The notes under the pieces are model-generated. The model saw only the letters and a list, made by a program, of their open reading frames with translations. It did not search any database and was not told the DNA's origin. Shown here piece after piece: positions 23,730 through 36,135 of a DNA stretch of 64,000 bases; position 1 is the stretch's first letter, and each line of letters begins with the position of its first letter. The translations under genes were made by a program, and so were the position numbers. This DNA comes from Felis catus (lineage: Eukaryota): contig NC_058383.1 of the NCBI RefSeq assembly GCF_018350175.1, positions 1,054,001 to 1,118,000 on the forward strand, read 5' to 3'.

Positions 23730-24721
23730 AATTTTTAAAAGTAATCTCTATGTCCAACTTGGGGCTCAAACTCACCACTCTAAGATCAGGAGTCCCACAC
23801 CCTACTGACTGAGCCGGCCAGATGCCCCCGATGTTTGTAATTTTAAAATTCCCCCAAGGTTTCCTCAGCAACCCACAGCCTCATAGATTCCTTTTACATT
23901 TGCCAGGCGGGAGCCTGATACCTGTCTCGTAAATAAGCCATGTAGTAACGCAGCTATAGAAGTAACAATTTCAAAACCGGGGAGGGAGCACAGCGATTTT
24001 GCTGTGTGCTGTATTTCTATTACTGCAAAATCATTCTTTGACTAAGAGGTGGTTTTGCTACATAACGGCTCTGGTATTCTTTGCCCTGATGGAATTTATA
24101 CTTTTTTTTTTTTTTTAAGTTTATTTATTTGTGGGGTGGGGAGGCGAGAATCCCAAGCAGGTTCCACGCTGTCAGCACAGAGCCCGACACTGAGCTCTAT
24201 CCTACAAACTGTGAGATCGTGACCTGAGTCAAAATCAACAGTCAGACACTCAACCCACTGAGCCACCCAGGTGCTCCTGGAGTTTATACTTTTAGAAGCT
24301 AACATGTATTTAAACGTGCTTCACTACTCTTTGGACACCCGTAGCACATCACACCGGCGAGGGGTGTTAATGGTGGGGGAGGCCGTGTGGGATGGCATGG
24401 AAATGGCGTATCCTTTCTGCTCAATTTGGTGGCGAACTTGAATCTGCTCTAAAAAATAAATTCATCAATTAAAAAAAGTCAAATCACAGGGGCGCCTGGG
24501 TGGCGCAGTCGGTTAAGCGTCCGACTTCAGCCAGGTCACGATCTCGCGGTCCGTGAGTTCGAGCCCCGTGTCAGGCTCTGGGCTGATGGCTCGGAGCCTG
24601 GAGCCTGTTTCCGATTCTGTGTCTCCCTCTCTCTCTGCCCCTCCCCCGTTCATGCTCTGTCTCTCTCTGTCCCAAAAATAAATAAACATTGAAAAAAAAA
24701 ATTAAAAAAAAAAAAAAAAAA
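23730..24721. mobile_element. SINE cluster: short SINE (-) 23730-23829, SINE (-) 24100-24277, L1 3' tip about 24350-24475, young SINEC_Fc (+) 24489-24721
   Basis: TSDs gga(a/g)tttatactttt and aaaaaaagtcaaatcaca. Confidence 0.88.
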
Positions 24722-26920
24722 GTCAAATCACAAATGATCCTTCCCCAGGCTTATAGTTCAAATAAATAACCATAAGGAGACCTGGCGATTCTGCGACATC
24801 ACCAGCCATTTCGGCAGGAATGTGAACCATGCGGATCAAGCCCAACTCCCCCAAAACACTCCTGAGCGCCCCCCCCCCCCAACTAGCCTCTGGCCTCAGA
24901 TGCGATAAAACTGCTTTCCTAATTGACACAATTTTTCCTAATTTAGCAAAAATTACGGGGATCCCGTTTTCTCCACTTGTTCCTCCTACAAACTCCACCT
25001 TGACCCTTGGATGCATAGGTGGATTCCAGGACGGGATAGCTCATCCCGTCCACGTACGAAGCTTACCGCGGGCTCCCCGCACACACACACCACCACGGCG
25101 GGTTCCAGGCTCTGGAACAAGTTTGAGGACCCCGGCTTTGGCCAAACCGTGCAAGGCTCACTGCCCTCTGTTAGATGGGGGTGTATGACGGCGGGGGTGG
25201 GTGGGAGGGGACGTGGCCCCAGAGACCAGAGTCGGCCTGCCGCCAGGGCTCTGTGGTGGGCAGCGCGCGACCAGCCTGCGGTGGGAGAGGGACGTCACGA
25301 ACGCCCAGCCAGAGGAGGACAGCCACGATTTCACGTCTCGGCACCGTGTCTGCGCCAACACCTGGGGGCTCCACAGAGAGAACCTGACTTTGTCCCTGGC
25401 ACCCCAGGCGCTTTCTACCTGGCACCACGGAAACAGCAGCCCTTGGGACTGCTCTCGTTCTCCAGGGAACATTCCCTGAAGGCGGGAAGGGAGACACGTC
25501 TCCCCGCACCAGGATGGAGGCAAAGCAAAGCCATCCACACATGTCACTTTGCTCTGGTTCGGAATACCTCCAGAATGTAAAATTAACCCACTGCTCTGCC
25601 TGTCGGCATAGGGTTTTGTTTTTGTTTTTTACAAACCACTTCAAAAGGCTGTTTTTGTAGCATTTGTTGCAAGAAAGTCTTAGCTAGGGATGCATTCTGA
25701 GAACAGGGGTGGAGGTAATAATGCTACAAACGTGGGTGTGGGCAGAGCTCCCCCTAACGTCCTAATGAGAGGGAGGAAGGAGGACCCGCTCGGGCAAAGC
25801 AATTAAAAGCAAACTGCAAACCGCCTCTTCACACATTTAGTGAACAGCACAGCCGGATACTCTCCTCCTCCCTGCACCTTCTACGTGATCCACCGTGATC
25901 ACGAGTCTTTATATCATCTCAGGAAAACACAGCAAATCAACACCCACTGGGGTCTCTCCAACATTTCCAGGTAAGGAAAGTGAGCCCCGTCCTACCCCTG
26001 ACAGACGAACACAGAGCACAAAACTCAGTGTTAGGTTTTTCTCAAAACTGCACGCAAACTTTGAGCGCTAAAAAAACTTACTACGCTAATATTAACCTCC
26101 GTGTTTTCCACGAAAACCTGTACACTTGTGGCTTCTCCAACCCTTGGCACACAGTCACATTCGAATTCTTCCCCTGTTGTGAGGGCACCTGCACGAATGA
26201 ACTCCCTTAGCTTAAATTCTTCACATGGACGGTTCTCAGATGAGCAACCTTGCTAATTCAAGACGTTCTTTGAGAGTAAAGGGACACCGTGTCTTCATCG
26301 GGTTAGGAAAAAACTAAACCAAAGGCAGGTAGTGAGGGCATGGAAAACTCATGACGCTGGGATGACATTTTAGACAACTTAGCACCTTCTACCAAAAGGA
26401 CCTCCTCTTTGGCGCAGCGACACTAACACCAGGAAACCCCTCGCAGGCTGCCCCGAGCTGGCAGGTACCGGCCAGACCTTGCGGCTGCTGGAGAACGCGT
26501 GCTGGGCTCCCAGGAGGAGGCAGGTGGTGCAGAGGCAGGTTGGGACCTCGGTATCTGTGGACAACACAGCTGCCTGATGCAAGGGACACTGAGCAGGGAG
26601 TCAGCGCCCAGGAGCGTGACAAGGAGCCAGGACGCCTCTGCCCTCCCAACCTTTCACACCCTTGGAGCTATCTGAATATCTACTAACAGGACCGGAGAGA
26701 AGATCCCAGCCATCCCAACCCCGCCCCCACCCTGGTTCCAGCTCCCGCCCTAGCAGTGGTCCAGGTGATGATGGCCTTCTGACATAGCCTCAGGCCAAAA
26801 ATAGACCTAGGCTCGTCACAGGCCTAGGTCATTCCCTCCTCCATCTAAGAGGAAGGCATTTTATCATCTCACACCATCACAAGAACGGGGAGTGCAGGAC
26901 AGTAAGAATTTTGAGAGAGA

Positions 26921-27120
26921 GGGGTGCCTGGGTGGCTCAGTCGGTTAAGCATCCGCTTTCGGCTCAGGTCATGATCTCACGGTTCGTGGGTTCGAGCCCC
27001 ACATCAGGCTCTGTGCTGACAGCTCAGAGCCTGGAGCCTGCTTCGGATTCTGTGTCTCCCTCTCTCTCTGCCCCTCCCCTGCTCACGCTGTCTCTCAAAA
27101 ATGATTTAAAAAAAAAAAAA
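26921..27120 (+). mobile_element. SINEC_Fc
   Basis: TSD aagaattttga(g/a)agag. Confidence 0.93.
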
Positions 27121-27489
27121 AAAGAATTTTGAAAGAGAGAACACTCCTAACTTTTGTTACAGACACGCTGCACGACGAAGCGGGCGCGGCAGGCATGAGG
27201 TCTCGTTCCTGTGTAACCGCGACTGCTCTTTCATTGCTGTCGGTCGCCTCTCGCTGAGCCTAACTCATGGCTCAAGCTCTACCGCAGGCACGTGTGTACA
27301 AGAGAGAACAGTCAACGCACACGGTCCGGCACAGACCGCGGTCTCGGGCACCCACAGGGGCAAACCCTGTGCTGAGGGGGGCCACCGTCCCGTCCCAAGT
27401 CAAACCCAAAGACGGAGGCACCAGCGGACTCCTAGGCTGACCGTCCTTCCAGCTTAAATGTGGGTGTTTATCCTTCAGTTCGGATAAGA

Positions 27490-27972
27490 ACAGCACCGTG
27501 TAACAGGAACGTAAGGCAAGCCACCTACCTGTTTCTAAAGTTTCTAGTAGCCACAGTTAAAAGAAAAATAGATAAAATTAACTTTATCGCTTTATCTAAT
27601 CCATCATATCCAAAATATTTCAACACGTGAATCATTTTTTTAACAATGACGTATTTTATGGTTTGTCTTCAAAGCTCAAGTGTGTTTCAGATTCTCAATT
27701 TGGACATTAAGTTTTCATGAGAAAGGCCTGACCTGTATTTAAAATCCAGAACTAAAAAAAAATAAATAAATGAAAAATAAATAAAATCCAGAACTGAAAA
27801 ACCAAATTCACATACCAAAGTTCCTAACGTACTGAAGGATTTTTCTAAAAAGTAAATCAAGTTAACAGCCTTTAAGTTAGATAAAACTAAGAATCCAACC
27901 TCCAGCTGGGCTTGCTGCATTTCACGAGCTCCAGGCCATCTGTGGCCAGCGACCGCATATCGGACGGCAGGG
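27490..27972. mobile_element. hAT-Charlie DNA transposon (MER33/Charlie1-like)
   Basis: ttctagtagccacagttaaaa...ctcaatttggacattaagttttcat...tgtggccagcgaccgcatatcggacggcag. Confidence 0.7.
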
Positions 27973-27989
27973 GTACAGGACAAGTGATT

Positions 27990-28165
27990 GATCCAAGTGG
28001 GGTCCTCAGACCCACAGCATCACCATCAGCTGGGAACGTGCTGGAAGTGCAAATCTCAAGGCCCGCTCAGACCCCTGGAACCAGAAACTCCAGGGGTGGG
28101 GCCTGGCACTGTTCGAACAAGCCCTCTAGGCGACTCTGAGCACGCCCAAGTGAGAACCACTGGTC
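27990..28165. mobile_element. MER5A
   Basis: cagcatcaccatcagctgggaacgtgctggaagtgcaaatctca...cagaaactccaggggtggggcc...gagaaccactg. Confidence 0.85.
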
Positions 28166-28789
28166 CAGAACAAACGGCACCAAGACAACTCGCAGAAGTT
28201 TTGATCACCTATTTGCGGAATGGAAACTGAACGGGAGCCCTTCCCCCCATCGTGTGTTGAAGCTGTGAGTAATTGCTTGGATTTTGTTAATCCAGGAAAA
28301 AGGGGTGCGCAGGTGGACGACCGGTGGGTTAAGATCAGGACCCGGCTACAGGGACGTTTTGCTTCACTGGTTCCCAGCGCCCAGGGTCACCGGGCATAGG
28401 GCTCTCTCCTGGAATGAGGCCATCAGTATGAGCCCAGCATTTATAGTCCGTATGGCCACAAGGCTGCTCTGTCAGAGTGGGGGCCGCCTTTGAACACGGG
28501 CCCTTAGCCAAGTAGGGCCAAGGCCTCCCCCTTCTTCTGGGCTCCAGGGGCGGTCACCATGGAAGCCAATGATAAAGACAGAGTGCCATCAGCTGTGCGG
28601 GTATGTAAGGGACAGAGGCCTCCACAGTGCCAGGTTCTTGCGGGACTCAGGCCGGGTAATACTCAGACCCTTTGCTCTCCACGTCACTTCATTTGGGGGC
28701 AGGACGGAGGAAGCAGGGGCTGACGCAGTTTAGCCAAGCTCAGAATATCGATACCCTTCTGTTTGTTTTGCCAAAATTTGCACATTTTA

Positions 28790-28935
28790 CTGGAAAAGTT
28801 TTAATGACATTCCAGACTGTTTGCCACGAGAAGCGTAAAGGCACTACAGCACAGACACGGTCTGTAAAGTTAAAATACGCAACACAAGCTAATGTCTCCA
28901 TGTGGACGGAGTCACATCATCTCTTTACTTTCCAT
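28790..28935 (-). pseudogene. ZFAND2A: ZFAND2A terminal exon (WKVKR*, stop 28917-28919) and 3' UTR
   Basis: Strong acceptor ttttgttctctttcAG|A; phase matches exon 6; gives RLRWKVKR* versus recalled rodent RLRRTVK*. Confidence 0.65.
28800..28805 (-). terminator. Candidate ATTAAA polyadenylation signal of ZFAND2A
   Basis: Plus-strand tttaat, about 110 nt downstream of the terminal-exon stop codon. Confidence 0.5.
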
Positions 28936-29288
28936 CTGAAAGAGAACAAAACAACAGCTTATTTTTTTAGGTCCATCTTGACTAACCCGGAGCAGCTGAT
29001 CATATAAAAGATCTGTATTTCAGAAACAGCTATAAAATGCCAACCGTGTGATCCGCTCTGTGCTGGAATAAATTGCACTGATAATCCGGAGCTCAAGAAA
29101 GCTCCGATCCAGACTCTCGATCACCCTGCCTAGTCTAAGCCGTGTGCCAGGAGTACATAACTCGGAGTACAGAATTTGAACCGCTCAGTTAGTACCTGTA
29201 CTGCACCGACTTTTCCGTGCTCACCCGACAAGAACCGCCACACCCAGGACAAGGCAAGTGAATCTGTGCACGCCGTTCGGACCAGTAC

Positions 29289-29381
29289 CTGAGTCGCCGA
29301 GCTAGCCAACTGGAAGACGACGTATTCAGGGCTCCCGACGGCTTGGATGGCTCGGAATCAGAGGCTCTGGCAGCTGCACAC
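29289..29381 (-). pseudogene. ZFAND2A: ZFAND2A exon 6 (long-isoform C-terminal tail)
   Basis: 93 nt, phase 2-2, ttctgtgtAG|G...CTCAG|GTACT. Encodes CAAARASDSEPSKPSGALNTSSSSWLARRLR, resembling the recalled rodent AIRAP tail ...KPSGVSWLAQRLR. Confidence 0.75.
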
Positions 29382-29547
29382 CTACACAGAAAGGTTGGAC
29401 CAGCAGTCACGACCCCTCCGTCGGCTTACCCGGAGAGCCACGTGCTCGGTTAGGGAGCCAGGGCACTCACCCGTCAACCCGGCTCACAGCAGGTTTAGGA
29501 AGATGTTTCTACTGACTTGAGGAAGGTGCTCTTGGTTACACTACTAG

Positions 29548-30200
29548 CGAGTGGGTTGAATCGTGTCCCCACAGAAAGATAGGCCGACGCGTCTTAAACG
29601 GGACCTCAGAACGTGATGTTTGGAAGTAAGGTCATCGGAGATGTAATCGGCGGAGATGCGCTCAGAGTGGAAAAGGGTGGGATCCTAATCCAACATGACT
29701 GTGTCCTCATCAAAAGAAGACGCCCCGGGGCGCCTGGGTGGCTCAGTCCGTTGAGCATCTGACTTCGGCTCAGGTCATGATCTCGCAGTCCGTGAGTTCG
29801 AGCCCCGCGTGGGCTGTGTGATGACAGCTCGGATCCTGGAGCCTGCTTCAGATTCTGTGTCTCCCTCTCTCTCTGCCCCTCCCGCGCTCACGCTGTCTCT
29901 CTCTCTCTGTCAAAAATAAACAAATATTAAAAAAAAAATTTAGAAAAAAAAAAAAGATGACGCCTGGACAGCGACACATAAGGAAAACCCGTGTGACAGA
30001 GAGGTTGGGGAGAGGCAGCCTGCAAACCACCCACAGTGGGGGGAGCGGCCCGGAGTGGCATCTCCCCAGAACCTCGGGGAGGAACCCGCCACACCCCCAT
30101 CTTGGACTCCAGCCTCCAGAGCAGGGAGACAATGAACTTCTGTGGCGTAAGCAGCCCAGGCCGTGGTACTTTGCTCTGGCGGCCACAAGAAAACAATACA
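29548..30200 (+). mobile_element. MaLR LTR (MLT1B/C-like) with a nested SINEC_Fc at 29727-29955
   Basis: gggttgaatcgtgtcccc...ctaatccaacatgactgtgtcct...ccagcctccagagc...gaaaacaataca. TSD aaaaga(a/t)gacgcc. Confidence 0.88.
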
Positions 30201-30368
30201 ACTAGAATCCAACTTTAATTTAGATTATATTTATCCAAGTCTCTACAACAAATATTTCACATCAACAACTTAGTTCAGTGCAACGCTCAAAGGTACCCTA
30301 TCCCCACCGTGAGGGTTCCGGGTCCGTGTACGCGGGCCAGCACGTCCCAGCTCAGCCGCTCTGCTCAC

Positions 30369-30517
30369 CCGGCTACACTGACGGCAAGGTTCCCGCGTGG
30401 GCAGCTGTGATCCAGAGGATGTCTACGCTGAATACGGAAACTGCCGCGGCCCTGGTCACAAATCACCTGCAGCATCTCCTTCTTGCACCCCTCTTTTGAG
30501 CGCCGGCATATAAAAAT
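30369..30517 (-). pseudogene. ZFAND2A: ZFAND2A exon 5 (second AN1 finger, degenerate)
   Basis: 149 nt, ctttctcAG|ATT...GCCGG|GTGAG. Translates IFICRRSKEGCKKEMLQVICDQGRGSFRIQRRHPLDHSCPRGNLAVSVAG versus recalled human IFTYRCSKEGCKKKEMLQMVCAQCHGNFCIQHRHPLDHSCRHGSRPTIKAG. Confidence 0.92.
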
Positions 30518-33500
30518 CTGAGAAAGCAAGGGCTGCTTTAACGTTTCTTTTTTTTTATTGTTTTAAGTAATCTTTCCACCCAACATGGGCTTGAACTCAT
30601 AACCCTGCTGTCAAGAGTCACATGTCCCACCGACGGAACCAACTGGGCATTTCAATTGCTTCCATAAGCAATTATTTAAGAAACACCCAATAAGACTGCC
30701 AGCATTTAAACTAGAATCAGTTCTCAGCTACAAGAAATAAAAACGCCAAGACTTTACACAAACATCTTACTGTCGGGCAAACGCAGATACTAACTAAAAG
30801 GTTTTAGCAAGTAATAGAAAGCAGTGCATTAAGTTGGTCTTCACACGAGGCACCTGGACGTGTCCTCCGCAAAAACCCTTCAGACCTAGGAGAGTTCGGA
30901 GTGGGGACTGGGGATGGAGGGAAGGAGGCCAAGCCCATGGCGTGGCGCACAGTCCCACCGAGGGGAGCTGACTCGGGAGGCTCTGGGGACATTCCAGGGA
31001 GCTGAAGATCTATAGCCCCTATTCCCATCGGTTACTGAAGGGTTTTTTTGTTTTCTTTTAACGGGAGGGAGTGGTATACACTCCCAGGCACTGCTGGCGC
31101 TGTGAGCTAAGGGTGGCAGCCAAGAGAGGCTCACTTAGTGGCCTAAGGGCAGCCTTCCGGCAAGGACGGGCAGCTGTGGACTGCCTCAAGTCACCTGAGC
31201 ATGCGCACCCAGTGCAGGGAGCAGAGGGCCTGCTTCAGGGGAGCAAAGGAGGGCCTGCCCGCCCTGGGGTGGGCTGGGGTCATGAATCTGCGGTGAGCCA
31301 AGAAAGAGGAGGGCCTTGTCAGTGCGGGGGGGGGGAAAGCAGAGCGAGGGGAGCTGTGGTCTTGTATAGACGCAGGGAGGTTTTAGTAGAGCTCCCAGAG
31401 GGCCTGAAGGGAAAAGCACACCACCATACAGCCAGAGCAGAGGGAACAAATCGGGGTTGTGGGGAGACTGGGGTCGGCTGGTCAAGAAAGGGTTTTGTGT
31501 GCTGGAGGCCGAGAGCAGCAAGTAAGGGGTTAATAGGCTTTCTGCTTACTTCCTGCAATCACTGCGTGTGTGGAGCATAAGCAGGGCGTCTCCGAGTAAC
31601 CTGGGAGGGCCTTTGGGAAGGGCGAGCTGCGGAGCTGGCCCAGACCAGCCCCCGGAAGGCCCGAGAGGCTCTGAGAAAGTGCGGTCCAAGAGGAAAGGGC
31701 ACGTAGACACATGTGTTCTACTGAAGGCAAGGTCAGTTTGAGTCTCCTTGAAACGACAGGGAGCAGATTTTTTGGAAAGGGATAAATCCACAAGATCGAG
31801 AGAAAAAAGAGTTACGAGATTTTAGAGAAAAAAGCACCCGACAACAATGAACTTGGCAAAGTGAGAAAGCCAAATTGTGAGCTGGTGGGGAAAGTCAAGA
31901 AGCACCCCTCTTCATGAAACAAAACCCTCAAAGGCTCAGACATCAGCAGTGCCGGCAGGTGAGGGTGACGTGGGACCACAATGGGAGAAGGCGAGAATCA
32001 GACCTCCACCCAACGCTGGCACAAGACGGATGCTCCGCAGAGGGTCTCACAGAGGCTCTGGCCTGGGGAGCAACGGGCAGGAGGACCCCCACAAACATGG
32101 GAGGGGCACGCAGAAGGCAGCAAGGAGCTTGTGCTCCACGAAGGGGAGAGGCGAGTGCTCTGTCCACCTGGCTCCATGATTCTGGAAGCCAGAGTGTGCT
32201 CTCCCCAGGCAGGGAACAGAACAGAACCCCACCTTCTCCAGGGAACCTGATCAGCCTAAGAGAAAGACCCCGAAGTCCTAGGGCTCCAGGGTTTCCCGAG
32301 AAAGTGGGCCGGGCAGATGCCCCAGAGCAAAGGCCAGAGTTCACACTGCACCAACTGTGCGAGTGGGCAGCCAGCAGATCGGGCACGGAGGAGGACATTT
32401 ACTGTGACGCACAGAAAATACCCTGGACGCAGATTTCACAGGGAAAGAAAACTTCAGGGGGAAAAAAAGGAGACCGATCCAGAAAGTGCAGCACCTAAGG
32501 AACAGAAGGCTAGAGAATATCAAAGAATCCAAACTCCAGTCGGAAGCGCTGGAGTTTCCGGTTTGGAAGGGCCCACTGCCTGCCTAGTGTGACAGATGAA
32601 GAGGGATCTACACCAGGAACACTCGATGGGAAGCTTCCAAACTCTGGGACGAGGGGGAGATCCTTCAACTACCAGAAGCAAAACTGGCCCCACAAAGGAC
32701 CGCAGTAGAACAACTACACAGAATTGTCTACAGCAACAGCGTAAGTGAGGAAATGAACAGGGTAAGTAAGTGCCCAAATGAAGAATTCAGAGCCTGGCTG
32801 CTACCTCATGCAGCTAAGCCAGAGGAAACCAAGAATGAAGATCCGGCGAGGTACACGGCCTCCATTTATTTACCTTCCACAGTCCTTCCCGGGGAGCAGC
32901 AGGGGCATGGGCCTCCCCACACATCAGGGAAAAACTAAGAAAAAAAACACGAGACACAGAAAGTAGGGAAACTTGGATCTAGCCTTAAGAGAAATACAGA
33001 CAGAATCGCTCAGCTGTGTCCTCAGAGAGACGAGCCCCGGAAGGCCTGTGCAGGGACCCCACTCGTCTCCAGGGCGGGGCGGGGGCGGGCAGCCAGACAG
33101 GTGGCAGCGTAGCAATGGGGCCGGTAGCCCATGCTCAGCCTACACCGTGCCGAACCAGCTAACGATGCCCACGACTACAAGGGAATAAGACAGACCCGAG
33201 ACACAACAGCGCACACACCTGGACAAAAGGACGGACCCCAAGCGACCAAGACTGGTGAGGAGAATGGGGCCTGCAATTTTCACTGGCATGATTTACTCCA
33301 AGTGAACAAACGTACAACTCTCACGAAGAACGCTGCAAGGTCAAATGGTATATATCCTTTTATGTTTCGCTAGGAGCAGCTAATAAAAACACACCTTAAC
33401 CAAACGGTTCTAGAAACCACATTAGCTCTTCACTTTGGGAGACAAAGTATGAAATTCCTATAGAAGCAGCAGATCCTAGCAGAGACTCTCATATTTAGAA

Positions 33501-33676
33501 AATACGTTCCCGGATCTGTAAAAGCCCATGCCTTCCACTACTCGGGGAAGCACTGACGTCACTAAGGTTTCATCTGTAAGCAGACGATTAGGATTACGGA
33601 TCATAGTTAGATAATGGACCTTTCCCCCCGACGGAAAAAAATCCCCATTCACAGAGTGGACAGAATTTGTCCTCAC

Positions 33677-33805
33677 CTTCTCTTTCTTCCGAGGATGACA
33701 GCTACACTCTCAATCAATGTGCTCACCAACCACCACATCTGGGATCTCTCCCTTTTTTACCGGTACTGGTTTGTTACAAAGTGGGCACACTGGGACCCGA
33801 ACGTC
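33677..33805 (-). pseudogene. ZFAND2A: ZFAND2A exon 4 with a lost acceptor and a premature stop
   Basis: 129 nt, translates DVRVPVCPLCNKPVPVKKGEIPDVVVGEHID*ECSCHPRKKEK. Preceded by tattttgGG (no AG); donor AAG|GTGAGG intact. Confidence 0.92.
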
Positions 33806-34834
33806 CCCAAAATAATGATATAAAATCATATTCCAGATTCAGACAAAACTCACAAAAGGAAAAGGTATAGTGCATTGAAAATCAAATAGAGGACAAGCAC
33901 GGATGTTCCGACTGTTCATTAGAAGACGGTGTTGTTACCCCTGAGGATGAGTAGTAAGGCTTCCCTACAGATTCAGGACAGGAAGTGAAATCTAGTAGAA
34001 TTTAAACCTAACAGACTGTTAACCAGCTGTGGACACGACCCTGAGACGGTGAAAGGCAACCAAAGAAAAGCTGGTGAAACGGATCTGGTCTCAGGGCAGC
34101 AGGGCCGTTCATCCAGCACCGCCCTGGCAGGTGGGGAGCCAGCCCGGACACCCCTGGAACAGAGAGAACGGAAGAGAACACTACCGTGAACAGCCTCCGG
34201 CTCCCTTCAACTGCCAACAGCCCGCCTGATCCTTTTGTGGCTTTCACCCGCAGGGAGACGCACGCGGCTGACTGGAGAGCACACAGCTAGGCTGAGCTCT
34301 CAGGTTCATTAACAGCCACCCAAGCAGACGGTGGGGGAGGGGCTCTATAGGGAAGAACCAAGCGCCCAGCAGATGCGCGCCCAGCAGTTAAAAACCTGAG
34401 CCAGGGCAGGAGCTAAGGAAACTAAGCTCAGCAAGAAAACGGACGGACGTGACAACTGACATCCAAACGTGTCATCAGAGTGAGGAGGCCTGCCGTCTGG
34501 GTCAAGCCGCAGGGTTGCCAGGAACACTCCCTCAGTTGACAACTCTGTGCCAAATAAGGCATTACTACTGCTGTCTAGCCAGACTCTCCCCATCTAGGGA
34601 CGTGGGGAGGTCAAGCCAACAAATCAACTGCATAGTTTGGCCTAGTCATCGGGGCCTGGTAAATAGGAGTCACCCTCCCCCGCCCCCCCAATGACCTAGA
34701 AAACGCTGGAAGATCAGACCCCAGCCAACACTAATGAAAGCATGTAATAATGCTCATAAGTCATTCACCTTTCTAACTGCCACCTCAAGGAAGCAACACT
34801 CGGGCTATAGAGTTCACTCAAATAACCTCTGAAT

Positions 34835-35010
34835 CGGGCACCTGAGCGGCTCAAGCGGGGGCACCTGATGGGTTCGAGCTCCGCAACGGGCTCTGCGCTG
34901 ACAGCGTAGAGCATGCTTGGGATTCTCTCTCTTTCTCTCTCTCTCTCTCTGCCCTTCCCCTGCTCATGCTCTCTCAAAATAAATAAACTTAAAAAAAAAA
35001 AAAAAAAAAA
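34835..35010 (+). mobile_element. Carnivore SINE with a rearranged head
   Basis: gggcacctga occurs twice, followed by the SINE body, CT tract and poly-A. Confidence 0.85.
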
Positions 35011-35381
35011 CCTCAGAACCACCAGAAACAAAACGAATACAGGTCAAGAGCCACCTGCAAAGCCAGTAACAAGGTGTCACTCCTTCGGACTCATGCACGT
35101 CGGTCTTCTTAGAGTCCTCGTCTTCCAGTTTCTACAATGTACTATTTGCCACTAAACAGCGGCCGTGAAGTCACCCAAATTAACTAGCATTTTTAATGGC
35201 TTCCAGATTAGGTTCTTTGTCAGATATTAACCATTTCTGGCGCTTCACAAAGACACCACTATGTTCTTCCTCAGCACGATGAATCAAAGGAACTGAGTAT
35301 TTTCACACGCGAAATAAACTTTCAAGGTTTGGATACAACAATTTGACTTCAAGAGCCCCTGAAAATAGAATCTGTTACTTT

Positions 35382-35572
35382 AGAGCTGTGCCATCCAGAC
35401 ATTCTTGTGATGGTGGAAACATGCCATATCTGCACCACCCATGGCCACACGTGGTGGCCGAACACCTGGAATATGGCTAGTCTGATGGCGAAACCAGATT
35501 TTAAGTCTTACTTCATCCGAATGAGATTATTAGTTCTATGTGGCACATGGCTACTATTCGGACAGCATAGCT
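35382..35572. mobile_element. MER3-like hAT element
   Basis: agagctgtgccatccag...tggccacacgtggtggccgaacacctggaatatggctagt...ggctactattcggacagcatagct. Confidence 0.75.
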
Positions 35573-35619
35573 TTAGACAACAAAAGCTAGAATCTTTGAA
35601 ATAAAATACGATCGATCAC

Positions 35620-35714
35620 CTTCTCGAATGCAAATGGACATTTATGTGCAGCACAAGTAAAATGGTCTTTATGGAAATCTTGTTTACACGCATCGCATTG
35701 TAACGGAAGAAAAT
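35620..35714 (-). pseudogene. ZFAND2A: ZFAND2A exon 3 (C-terminal part of the first AN1 finger)
   Basis: 95 nt, tttttAG|AT...GAGAAG|GTGATC. Translates (D)FLPLQCDACKQDFHKDHFTCAAHKCPFAFEK versus recalled human DFLPVKCDACKQDFCKDHFPYAAHKCPFAFQK; ligand Cys>His at 35671-35673. Confidence 0.92.
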
Positions 35715-36104
35715 CTAAAAACAAACAAAAAACAAACACCAAAAAAACAACGAAGTGTTCTAAAGATTAGGATGAAAAAATTACAGATCACGTTAAACAG
35801 GTATTTACGTACGGTCAGTTCTTTATGCCTATCAAATACATCTTTGAAGTACCACAGGTGAGAAAAAAATTGGGGACCATGACTTTCACAATGACAGCGG
35901 TTCTGAAGAACCTAACCTGTGAAGCTGTCTTTTCAAAAGAACCCCATCCCGTGTTGTCCCACAAATATTTAAGCAGCACACCTGTATCCACCTGGCCTTG
36001 GCCCTGGTTCCTGGCCTTCAGAAGAGGCTACGTAGCAACGGTGACCAGAACCTGGACCTCAGGCCGGCCTCCCAACGCTGAAGAGCTAATGAGAAAAACG
36101 GCCA

Positions 36105-36135
36105 GGGGCGCCTGGTGGCTCAGTCGGTTGAGTGT
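36105..36135 (+). mobile_element. SINE head only (31 bp)
   Basis: ggggcgcctggtggctcagtcggttgagtgt, after which similarity ends abruptly. Confidence 0.8.

Noticed and set aside
31300..33300. Unexplained purine-rich stretch in ZFAND2A intron 4 with 150-190 aa ORFs
   Set aside because: No recognisable protein similarity or convincing exon structure; it may be an old L1 5' region or other repeat that I cannot assign by eye.
35908..35950. Possible decayed remnant of the ZFAND2A start exon (minus strand GAAAAGACAGCTTCACAGGTTAG|GT)
   Set aside because: Only a short match, with no ATG or MEFPDLG frame, and far more diverged than the neighbouring exons; probably chance.
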